Shown here one piece after another: positions 34,729 to 43,470 of a stretch of DNA of 64,000 bases. The stretch is taken from positions 372,001-436,000 of the forward strand of contig MU061464.1 in NCBI GenBank assembly GCA_013265495.1. The letters are read 5' to 3'. Position 1 is the first letter of the stretch, and every line of letters begins with the position of its first letter. Source of the stretch: Vicugna vicugna (Eukaryota). Both the position numbers and the translations under genes were made by a program. The notes beneath the pieces are model-generated. The model worked only from the letters and a program-made list of their open reading frames with translations. It was not told the DNA's origin and made no database searches.

Positions 34729-37305
34729 ATGTTCACCCTTGCGGAGGTTGCTTCGCTCAATGACATCCAGCCGACTTACCGGATCCTGAAGCCATGGTGG
34801 GACGTGTTTATGGATTACCTGGCTGTCGTCATGCTGATGGTAGCCATCTTTGCGGGAACCATGCAGCTTACCAAAGATCAGGTGGTCTGCTTGCCGGTGC
34901 TGCCGTCTCCTATAAATTCAAAGGCACACACGCCCCCGGGAAGTGCTGACGTCACCACCCACATCCCGAGGGCGGAATCAGCCACGGAGCAAGACCGGGA
35001 CGGGCGGACGGCGAAGGAGACTTCCTTCGGCACATCTGCTGTGACGCCCGACATGCCTCTCAGAGCCACGTATCCTCACACAGATGCCGCAGCTCCCGAT
35101 CCGGAGGTGAAGAAAGAGGAGAAGGATCCCGCAGGCCGAAAAACAAACCTGGACTTCCAGCAGTACGTGTTCATTAACCAGATGTGCTACCACCTGGCGC
35201 TCCCCTGGTACTCCAAGTACTTCCCGTACCTTGCGCTGATCCACACGCTCATTCTCATGGTCAGCAGCAACTTCTGGCTCAAGTACCCCAAGACGTGCTC
35301 GAAGGTGGAGCACTTTGTCTCCATACTGGGCAAGTGCTTCGAGTCCCCCTGGACGACCAAGGCGCTGTCAGAGACGGCGTGCGAGGACTCGGAGGAGAAC
35401 AAGCAGAGGATGGCAGGTGCCCAGGCTCTGCCCAAGCACGTGTCCACCAGCAGCGACGAGGGGAGCCCCAGCGCCAGCACCCCGATGATCAGCAAGGCGG
35501 GCTTGAAGTTTTCAGCCGAGAAGCCGGTGATCGAAGTCCCCAGCATGACCATTCTGGACAAAAAGGACGGGGAACAGGCCAAAGCCCTGTTTGAGAAGGT
35601 GAGGAAGTTCCGCGCGCACGTGGAAGACAGCGACCTGATCTACAAACTCTACGTGGTCCAGACCGTCATCAAAACGGCCAAGTTCATCTTCATCCTGTGC
35701 TACACCGCGAACTTTGTCAACGCCATCAGCTTCGAGCACGTCTGCAAGCCGAAAGTGGAGCACCTGACGGGCTATGAGGAGTTCGAGTGCACCCACAACA
35801 TGGCCTACATGCTGAAGAAGCTGCTCGTCAGCTACATCTCCATCATCTGCGTCTACGGCTCCATCTGCCTCTACACCCTCTTCTGGCTGTTCCGGATTCC
35901 TCTGAAGGAGTACTCCTTCGAGAAGGTCCGAGAGGAGAGCAGTTTCAGTGACATCCCCGACGTCAAAAATGACTTCGCGTTCCTCCTGCACATGGTAGAC
36001 CAGTACGACCAGCTCTATTCCAAGCGTTTCGGGGTGTTCCTGTCGGAAGTCAGTGAAAATAAACTTAGGGAAATCAGCTTGAACCACGAGTGGACCTTTG
36101 AGAAGCTGAGGCAGCACGTGTCCCGCAACGCGCAGGACAGGCAGGAGCTGCACCTGTTCATGCTGTCGGGGGTGCCCGACGCCGTCTTTGACCTCACGGA
36201 CCTGGACGTGCTGAAGCTCGAGCTGATTCCAGAGGCGAAAATCCCTGCGAAGATTTCTCAGATGACTAACCTCCAAGAGCTTCACCTCTGCCACTGCCCT
36301 GCAAAAGTGGAGCAGACTGCTTTCAGCTTTCTCCGCGATCACTTGCGATGCCTTCACGTGAAGTTCACGGATGTGGCTGAAATCCCCGCCTGGGTGTACC
36401 TGCTCAAAAACCTCCGGGAGTTGTACTTGATCGGCAACTTGAACTCCGAAAACAACAAGATGATTGGGCTTGAATCCCTCCGGGAGCTGCGGCACCTGAA
36501 GATCCTCCACGTGAAGAGCAACTTGACCAAAGTTCCCTCCAACATTACCGACGTGGCCCCACACCTTACCAAGCTGGTCATCCATAATGACGGCACGAAA
36601 CTCTTGGTACTGAACAGCCTTAAGAAAATGATGAACGTGGCCGAGCTCGAACTCCAGAGCTGTGAGCTCGAGAGGATTCCACATGCGATTTTCAGCCTCT
36701 CCAACTTACAGGAACTAGATTTAAAGTCAAACAACATCCGCACAATTGAGGAAATCATCAGTTTCCAGCATTTGAAACGACTGACTTGCTTGAAATTATG
36801 GCATAATAAAATTGTCACCATTCCTCCCTCCATCACCCACGTCAAAAACCTCGAGTCACTTTACTTCTCTAACAACAAGCTCGAGTCCTTACCCGTGGCA
36901 GTGTTCAGTTTACAGAAACTCCGATGTTTAGATGTAAGCTACAACAACATTTCCATGATTCCTGTAGAAATAGGGTTGCTTCAGAACCTGCAGCATTTGC
37001 ATGTCACGGGGAACAAAGTGGACGTTCTGCCAAAGCAGTTGTTCAAATGCGTCAAGTTGAGGACTTTGAACCTGGGGCAGAACTGCATCACGTCCCTCCC
37101 AGAGAAGATCGGGCAGCTCTCCCAGCTCACGCAGCTGGAGCTGAAGGGGAACTGCTTGGACCGCCTGCCAGCCCAGCTGGGCCAGTGCCGCCTGCTCAAG
37201 AAAAGCGGGCTTGTTGTGGAAGATCACCTTTTTGACACCCTGCCCCTGGAAGTCAAAGAAGCATTGAATCAAGACATAAACGTTCCCTTTGCAAACGGGA
37301 TTTAA
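34729..37305 (+). CDS. LRRC8D: Volume-regulated anion channel subunit LRRC8D (leucine-rich repeat-containing 8D), 858 aa, single coding exon
   Basis: N-terminus MFTLAEVASLNDIQPTYRILKPWWDVFMDYL and C-terminus EALNQDINVPFANGI match LRRC8D. Pannexin-like 4-TM domain with extracellular Cys54/153/339/354, long EL1 insertion, pore residue F143 (NLDFQQY; Arg in LRRC8A) and a C-terminal LRR array. ORF is intact and ends at TAA 37303-37305. Confidence 0.99.
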   Translation: MFTLAEVASLNDIQPTYRILKPWWDVFMDYLAVVMLMVAIFAGTMQLTKDQVVCLPVLPSPINSKAHTPPGSADVTTHIPRAESATEQDRDGRTAKETSFGTSAVTPDMPLRATYPHTDAAAPDPEVKKEEKDPAGRKTNLDFQQYVFINQMCYHLALPWYSKYFPYLALIHTLILMVSSNFWLKYPKTCSKVEHFVSILGKCFESPWTTKALSETACEDSEENKQRMAGAQALPKHVSTSSDEGSPSASTPMISKAGLKFSAEKPVIEVPSMTILDKKDGEQAKALFEKVRKFRAHVEDSDLIYKLYVVQTVIKTAKFIFILCYTANFVNAISFEHVCKPKVEHLTGYEEFECTHNMAYMLKKLLVSYISIICVYGSICLYTLFWLFRIPLKEYSFEKVREESSFSDIPDVKNDFAFLLHMVDQYDQLYSKRFGVFLSEVSENKLREISLNHEWTFEKLRQHVSRNAQDRQELHLFMLSGVPDAVFDLTDLDVLKLELIPEAKIPAKISQMTNLQELHLCHCPAKVEQTAFSFLRDHLRCLHVKFTDVAEIPAWVYLLKNLRELYLIGNLNSENNKMIGLESLRELRHLKILHVKSNLTKVPSNITDVAPHLTKLVIHNDGTKLLVLNSLKKMMNVAELELQSCELERIPHAIFSLSNLQELDLKSNNIRTIEEIISFQHLKRLTCLKLWHNKIVTIPPSITHVKNLESLYFSNNKLESLPVAVFSLQKLRCLDVSYNNISMIPVEIGLLQNLQHLHVTGNKVDVLPKQLFKCVKLRTLNLGQNCITSLPEKIGQLSQLTQLELKGNCLDRLPAQLGQCRLLKKSGLVVEDHLFDTLPLEVKEALNQDINVPFANGI

Positions 37306-37459
37306 CCCGAGACGACGCACGCGCTCCCGCGTGCGGGCGCAGCTTCCTGGACTGCAGGCGCTCACGTGCCAGTTACCGCAAGACATGCGTTTTAGGAGTA
37401 GGTGCATCTTTGAACGTAAAACACAGAGAGGATGCGTAGAAGCTGGTAGAAGACGTCAC

Positions 37460-37466
37460 TGAATGT
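37460..37466 (+). promoter_or_regulatory. miR-181 7mer-m8 seed match (TGAATGT)
   Basis: Exact seed complement in the 3' UTR; function untested. Confidence 0.4.
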
Positions 37467-37601
37467 TCAATGTTTGTAGTGTTTTAAGGCGTTCACTTCC
37501 AAATCTTTTCTCGCTCTCTTTTTTTTTTTTTCTTTTGGGGAAAGGGAAGGAAAAATTGTAATCACTAATCTTGGTTTCTTTTTAAATTGTTTGTAACTTG
37601 G

Positions 37602-37608
37602 ATGCTGC
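37602..37608 (+). promoter_or_regulatory. miR-103/107 7mer-m8 seed match (ATGCTGC)
   Basis: Exact seed complement in the distal AT-rich 3' UTR; function untested. Confidence 0.35.
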
Positions 37609-37618
37609 CGCTACTAAA

Positions 37619-37626
37619 TGTTTACA
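37619..37626 (+). promoter_or_regulatory. miR-30 8mer seed match (TGTTTACA)
   Basis: Exact 8mer in AU-rich context about 25 nt upstream of the poly(A) signal. Confidence 0.55.
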
Positions 37627-37651
37627 AATTGCTTGCCTGCTAAAGTACATG

Positions 37652-37700
37652 ATTAAATTGACATTTTCTTACTCTGCCACTTTTTTTTTTTGAGGTGTCT
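37652..37700 (+). terminator. LRRC8D: Proximal polyadenylation signal ATTAAA with downstream U/GU-rich element
   Basis: ATTAAA at 37652-37657, upstream TGTA motifs (about 37557 and 37592), and T11-gaggtgtcttg at 37681-37701. Confidence 0.75.
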
Positions 37701-37967
37701 TGATTTACTTTGCTTAATTGGTGCAATATTGCTTTAATTCAGACCACTGGCGACACATCAGGTCCAATCGTGTAAATTTAGGTTTGCTGAAATGTCGATT
37801 TATTTTTTGTTCTAATTTAAAGCACCTCAAACAAGCACTTCTTAGCATATTTAACTGGTGCTACTGCTTCTGAGAATCCCATTTTACAGATTTTACACTC
37901 TTGAAGGCCTGGAATGCAGTTAAGGTGTGTAGATCATTGAGGGAGTTTTGTTTGTTTGTTTTTTAAG

Positions 37968-38129
37968 AATAAATAACAAGAAAAAATAAAATAATGCTCT
38001 CCTAACTAATAGCTGTTTTCCCATAGTCTGGAGTTGTGATTATATGATACCTCTTTCTGTCAACACTGTAGGGTTGCCAATAAATAGAAAATGTTATTTT
38101 AAAATAAATTTAATTACAACCAAAATAAA
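37968..38129 (+). terminator. LRRC8D: Cluster of distal AATAAA signals (possible alternative poly(A) sites)
   Basis: AATAAA at 37968, 37985, 38079, 38103 and 38124 in AT-rich sequence. Confidence 0.45.
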
Positions 38130-39039
38130 ATTTTTAATGCCTTAATGATTAGCATCCTCCCAGTGTATCGCCGTGTGGAAGGCAACGCAACGTCAAAGCA
38201 AGTGTCGCTGCATCACTTGCCCTCTTCACTGTCGCGGACAGAAAGTAGGACTCGTAGTTCAGTGAGTTGGAATCCAGACTGCCTCTGTTCATTTTAGTGG
38301 CAGGCTGTACTTGCTGTGCGTGCCTGCAGCGGGGAGGGTGTGTGCCCAGGAAAACGCGGGCAGAATGTGCTTTTTAGATGACGCTTTTTCCTTCTTTAGC
38401 TGACAAAGTGTCTAAATCCATTTCAGAAAATCAAAAACTTCCCTTCCATCGGTTCGGGTGTTCGTTGGCAGGTACTTATAGGCCTTTCTACAGGAGTGCC
38501 TTTTTCAGGAGAAGAGACTGTCTGGCCCTCTGGTTGAGAAGGTGGTGTCCTCTCCTTACAAGACTGGACTCATTCAGTGAAGCACTGGGCGGTCTCTCGC
38601 CACATCTTAGCATAGCTTGAAGGAGAACGCGAAGAGGTGAGCTCGCATCCTTGCTCCTCCCCCCCAGACTGACCCTGGGGCTGCTGGCCGGCAGCAGGTG
38701 GGGGGCTGCCTGCCGTAGGGCCCCTGAGCGCCTCCGGAGGCGTTGTCACTGACGGGAAGGGCTGCGGCCACTGCGGCTGAGTTAGGGAGTCACCCAGCTC
38801 CAGCGTCCTGGCCAAGCCCTCTCCTCCTAGAAGACATGAGGTAGAAAGAAGACCAGCTCATAGAAGCCCGGGCGTAAGAAGTCGGAGGACAGTGGCAGGT
38901 GTTCGGTGTCGGCCAGTTCTTTCCCGTGTACGCCTCTCCCATTTCCCCCCGCACCCACGGGTACATCCGCTGGCATTGATGTTGCACCTACTGTGTGTGT
39001 CACTACTTCAGGGGACGGGGGATTGATTCTCTGTTGCAG

Positions 39040-39230
39040 TAAGTCACAGCCACTGACTACAAGGCGGTTTACCACACAGTGTGGGAGAGAATATCAATTA
39101 GGCAAAAAATACAAACGATTGTGGCAGAGAAGGTGTACAGAATCCGTGCGCGAATCATGGCTGGGAGGGGATACGTCTAGTTAGGGAGGAGCGTCAGGGA
39201 GGCCCTGCACTTAGGAGCTCTGCGTGTAAA
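39040..39230 (-). mobile_element. L2 LINE fragment
   Basis: cacagtgtgggagaga...ggcagagaagg...gagcgtcagggaggccctgcacttaggagctctg. Confidence 0.45.
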
Positions 39231-41049
39231 CGCTCCGGCGCGTCTCCGCCCCGCCAGCCACACCGAGCACCATTCTCCCTGCCCGGCGACGCCACCACCA
39301 GATATCGGCACAGCCTTTGTGGAAGGATGGCACAGTGTCTTGCTTGTGAGAAAGACAGGCCAGATCTTAGGATCCTGGTTTTGTGGACTAGGAAGCTTGC
39401 TTCTTTCCTTAAAACAGGTGCGTGTTGTTGACGGGCACGAGTGTCAGCACACCCACAACCCGCCTTGTTGCCAGAGGGGAGGCCTGTGGGAGCCGTGTCT
39501 GGCCCACAGCCTCACCGCAGCCGCCCCGGCACCTGCTTCCTTATCAGTGCTCGGGGCTCGGTCACCTAGAACTGATCAGTGCTGCATGCCATCAGACAGC
39601 AGCGGGGTGGCGTTGCTTTACCCAGACTTCTGTGGACTTTACCAGCCTTTGATGGTTTCCTTGAACCCTTCAGAGGTCACGGTCAGTTGGTTCAAAGGCT
39701 ATATTCCTTGCCGCTGCTTGCAAACAGCCCTGTTTTAAAAGAAGCGTCCCAAGAAATGCTGATTCATCTAACAGATTTTAAATACCCGGGTCTTGGAGTC
39801 TCAACAGAACAGCAGATGAAATATGGGCCCAAATGTACTGCCAACCCACGTGCCTTCACAGATTTATGTTGGCACCACACGCTCGAGACATGGAAACACA
39901 AGTTGGAGTGTGCAAGTTTGGCTTGCTAGCATTTTCATCTCTTTTTCTAAACTCCCTTGAGCACATTTGAAGACAATTATCTTAAAGTGTCTTTAAATGC
40001 TCCACGTCTGTGCGAGTCCCACAAAGTCAGAGGGAACCAGCTAGCTCACTTTTGGCTGATTTTTTTCCCACCAACACTCAGCTGGCTCAGCAGAGATGAT
40101 CGATCGGCTTTTTCTCAGGTTCAGAAAGATGAGCTGAGAGTGCTAAGTGGAGATTTAGCAATTTAATAAGAGGTAGAAAGAGCTCGTTCTCCGTAGGTCC
40201 TGGGGAGCAGTGCAGATACTTGAGACTTTTCATCCACTGAGGAGAACGTCACGTTTTATTAACAGCTTTGCTAGTACTTTCTCTGACTGCCTCCCCTGGG
40301 CTCGGCTTCAACCAGCAACTAAACTCTTCAGTTGCTGTTGGAGCAGACTCTGAAGTGCCCTTGACGCCAGCGCCCACTGGCTGTCCCATTCACCTTGCTG
40401 AACAGAAGCCAGGGGGCTGTCCTCCCGCGAAGACGTCTGGCAGCACTTACGTCAGTAATTCGTTCCAGTAAAATGGTCCCTTTATCAACTGAATCCTCAG
40501 ACAAAGGCTGCACTAACAAAAAGCCCCTTTCATGAAAAGAAGGGTAAGAAAAGTACCCTGGAAAACAGTTTTCAAGTGTCCTCTAACTTGTGACTGGGAC
40601 ACAACGAAGTGGCCCCGTCGGGTCGTGGCCGGCGGTGGCTCCTCTGGGACACGTGCACCAGGTATTCAGAGCGGTGTTTGCCGCGAGCAGGTGGCAGGGG
40701 GAGGAGGCAGCAAGACAGCAGGCCACAGCTGTCGCCCCCCAAGTCCGGCCCAGCCTGGGGGGCGGTCATGCCAACAACAGCAGTGGAATAAGCCCCTTAA
40801 CTTGCCAACCTTAAAACGCCAGAGGACAGCTGTCCTGCCTGCACCTCTGCCTCTGGGAACATCGCGTATAAATCGTCCCAGGTAAGCGTGGACTTGCTCG
40901 TGGAAGCGTGTAAGGTGTCTAGCTCAGTCCACCCAGCAGGCTTCGTCTCCGACCCGTGACCCACCGCCCCTGCTGCTGTGGGACCCCGGATGCTGGGAGC
41001 TGCCCCTGTCCTGCCCACTGACTGTACCATCAGTTCTTTATCCTAAGAC

Positions 41050-41245
41050 TCCAGGCTCTGGAGTGAGTGCCGCAACCTGAATCCTGCCTCTGCCTCAGTC
41101 TTACAACCACAGCAAGTGACTTAATCTCTCTAAGCCTCAGTTTCTTTATCTGTAAATGGGGATAATAGCAGTGCCTACCAGTGGCATTTTGGGGAATGAT
41201 TTAAGGCACGGAGCCTGGCAGAGAGTGAGCGCTCAGTAACAGCCC
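41050..41245 (+). mobile_element. MIR SINE
   Basis: gcaagtgacttaatctctctaagcctcagtttctttatctgtaaatggggataatagcagtgcctacc is a near-consensus MIR core. Confidence 0.85.
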
Positions 41246-41289
41246 GCTGTTATTCCGTTCCCAGCTGGCAGAGACTTCGCCTCCCCTAA

Positions 41290-41720
41290 CGTATTCTCTC
41301 TTCCTGGGCCACGGGGTTTTCAGTGGACACCTGGGAACACAGAATAAAATGTGTGTAAAATAAAATATGTCCCAACCTTCCTTGGGTCTAGATGTGGCCA
41401 AGTGACTAAATTCTAGCCAGAACGGTGGGAATGAAAGTGAAGCGTGCAATTTCTGGAGCGGCCGGTAAGGAGATGGGCAGGCCGCCCCCTCCCCCAGGCC
41501 TGCTGGTTAACCCGCGGGGACAGAGCCATGTCCAGGAAATGCTGTCCCGAGCAGGACAGCAAACCGGCCACGTCCGAGCCGCGGGGCAGGAGAAGCCCGG
41601 GCCCCGGCAACTCCGAGAAGCAGGACTGCAGAAAGGAGGAATCAGCTCTGCTTTGTCTGAACCTCTGCCGATGGGGCTCTGGCATGTGCGGCAGGACCTA
41701 AAGACCTATCAAGTCAGAAT
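41290..41720 (+). mobile_element. MLT1J-like MaLR solo LTR
   Basis: cacagaataaaa...tcccaaccttccttgggtctagatgtggccaagtgactaaattctagccag resembles the MLT1J 5' part. Confidence 0.6.
41351..41477 (+). repeat. Left arm of a 127-bp inverted duplication
   Basis: Ungapped alignment to the reverse complement of 42544-42670 with 15 mismatches in 127 bp. Confidence 0.95.
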
Positions 41721-41744
41721 CTACATTTTAACAGGATGGTACCC

Positions 41745-41880
41745 GGGGGATACAGCTCAGCGGGGGAGGGCATGCTCAGCACTCTTGGGTTCAATCCCCA
41801 GCACCTTCATTGAATACATAGACAGATAAACGGATAAATCTAATTCCTCCCCCCGAAGAAACATAACAAGGAAACATAAC
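41745..41880 (+). mobile_element. tRNA-Ala-derived camelid SINE (vic-1-like), small internal deletion
   Basis: gggggatacagctcagcgggggagggcatgctcagcactcttgggttcaatccccagcaccttcatt...taaatctaattcctccccccg plus A-rich tail. B-box ggttcaatccc. Confidence 0.85.
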
Positions 41881-42543
41881 ACGAGGCTATCCGAGCAACT
41901 TACAGGCACGTACAGATGTGGGCAGGGTTGTCTTCAGCAACAGCTGGGAAGAGGAGGGTGCTGGCGACCGGAGGCTCTACCACCGCCGGCTTCTGCCTCT
42001 GCCGCCAGCCCCTGCGGGCCTAGCGGGGAGGAGTCGGGGTTTTGGTGGTGCCCCCTGCTTGCTTCTGCCGGCGGCCGTGCCACGGGCGTCACCACAGCAG
42101 CTCCAGGAAGGGAGGCTGATAGGATCACAGCCAGTTGCACGTCATCCTCACAGGAGGCTGAGGTCGTGAAGGCCCTGCCGCTGCTCTATGACGTGCGCAC
42201 TGGTGCTCGGCCGCCGGCGGCCTCCGCGAGCCCAGGCAGCTCGACAGACCCCCTGCACCGTCCAGCCTCCAGGCGGGGCCTGGGGTAGCGGCTCGAGGTC
42301 ACCCAGCCCGGGCGACTGCTCACTCTGAGCCTTGTCGGGATGCCCCCGGGGAACTGCAAACAGCTTGCTGTGAGGAGCGGCTGGAGTAGTTTCCGGGGAG
42401 ACCTGCCCAAAGGGATCACCCGGGTGTTAAGGCAAATCGTGTACCTGCTGTAAAGAAACGTGATCTTCACTTTGCCCCTGGAAAACTATGCATAGTAGCC
42501 ACGTAAAATGTGTGTAAATAAAATAAAATAAAGCAAAACACGT

Positions 42544-42670
42544 CCCATCTCCTTGCGGGCCGCTCCAGGAACCACACGCTTCGCTTTCATTCCCACCCTT
42601 CTGGCTAGAATTCGGTCACTTGGCCACATCTAGGCCCAAGGAGGGCTGGGACACATTTTACTTTACACAC
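42544..42670 (-). repeat. Right arm of the 127-bp inverted duplication (MLT1J-derived)
   Basis: Reverse complement is 88% identical to 41351-41477. Confidence 0.95.
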
Positions 42671-43214
42671 AGCTCTTTGAAGTCAAGTCCTGCCTGGATG
42701 AAGACCTCTTTGAGATGTATCCCCAAGGGTTTAACTCAACTTCCCCTGCAGGTTAGGCCTGCTGGCTCTGTATCTGGCGTTGGTTGTGGTGAAAGCAGCT
42801 GGTCCCCTCCATCTTGCTGAAGATGGTGATTGAGCCCCCTGCCCTCTTCCCCAGGACGTTGTGCAGACTGTGGCAGCATGGTGCCTGCAGCTCCCTAGAG
42901 ATAAACGACGCCTCAGTACAGTTTGCTCTGAATTTATCAGCACGGTGGGCAGGAAATTCCGTTGAAGGCAATATTTTCATCTCTGCCTGAAAAGGAGCTG
43001 GTGCGTATTCAGGCCTGCACCTTCCACTTATCAACTCTCAGCATCTGCTACTCTGGAGGGGGTTCTGTCTTTCAAGCTTCCATTTCCGCAGGTGGAAGAA
43101 GACATTGGGAAGTGGGCTGGAGGCCTGGACGGCGGAAGTAGTCACCATAATAGCTCGACTCGCTGCTGGATGAACACTTGGCTGGCTCTGGCTGACTGGC
43201 CACAGCAGACCTGG

Positions 43215-43470
43215 GGACTGAGAATTATCCCCGTTTTAGAGACGAAGAAACAAGTTAGGCAGCCTACCCAAGGTCACCTAGCCAGCAGGTGACAGGTACG
43301 CTACGAAATCAGACAGCGTGCATGTCTGAGCTCATTTGGTCCTCATATAAGACCTCTACGAGAAAGGCATTGCCCCCATCAAAGAGATAAACGAACCGTG
43401 ACTCAGAGAGGCTAACTTGCCTCTGGTTCCACTTCACAGGGCGCAGACACTAGTCACAGACTCAGGCGTG
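43215..43470 (-). mobile_element. Two adjacent MIR SINE fragments
   Basis: atccccgttttagagacgaagaaacaag...cccaaggtcacctagccag, and gcattgcccccatcaaagagataaacgaaccgtgactcagagaggctaacttgcc. Confidence 0.7.

Larger units (their letters stand above)
37306..37675 (+). other. LRRC8D: LRRC8D 3' UTR (to the proximal poly(A) site)
   Basis: Follows the stop codon, becomes AT/U-rich, and ends near ATTAAA 37652-37657. Matches the recalled mammalian LRRC8D mRNA end (...gattaaattgacattttcttact). Confidence 0.8.

Noticed and set aside
34891-35148. High divergence of the EL1 loop from recalled human LRRC8D (about 22 of 86 residues)
   Set aside because: This LRRC8D-specific insertion is a flexible, variable loop. 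The flanking Cys54 and pore F143 are intact, so divergence alone is not informative.
35512-36684. 390-aa ATG-initiated antisense ORF inside LRRC8D
   Set aside because: It is in exact codon register with the sense CDS and stays open only because TTA/CTA/TCA codons are absent under high GC3. This is a classical shadow ORF with no recognisable domain.
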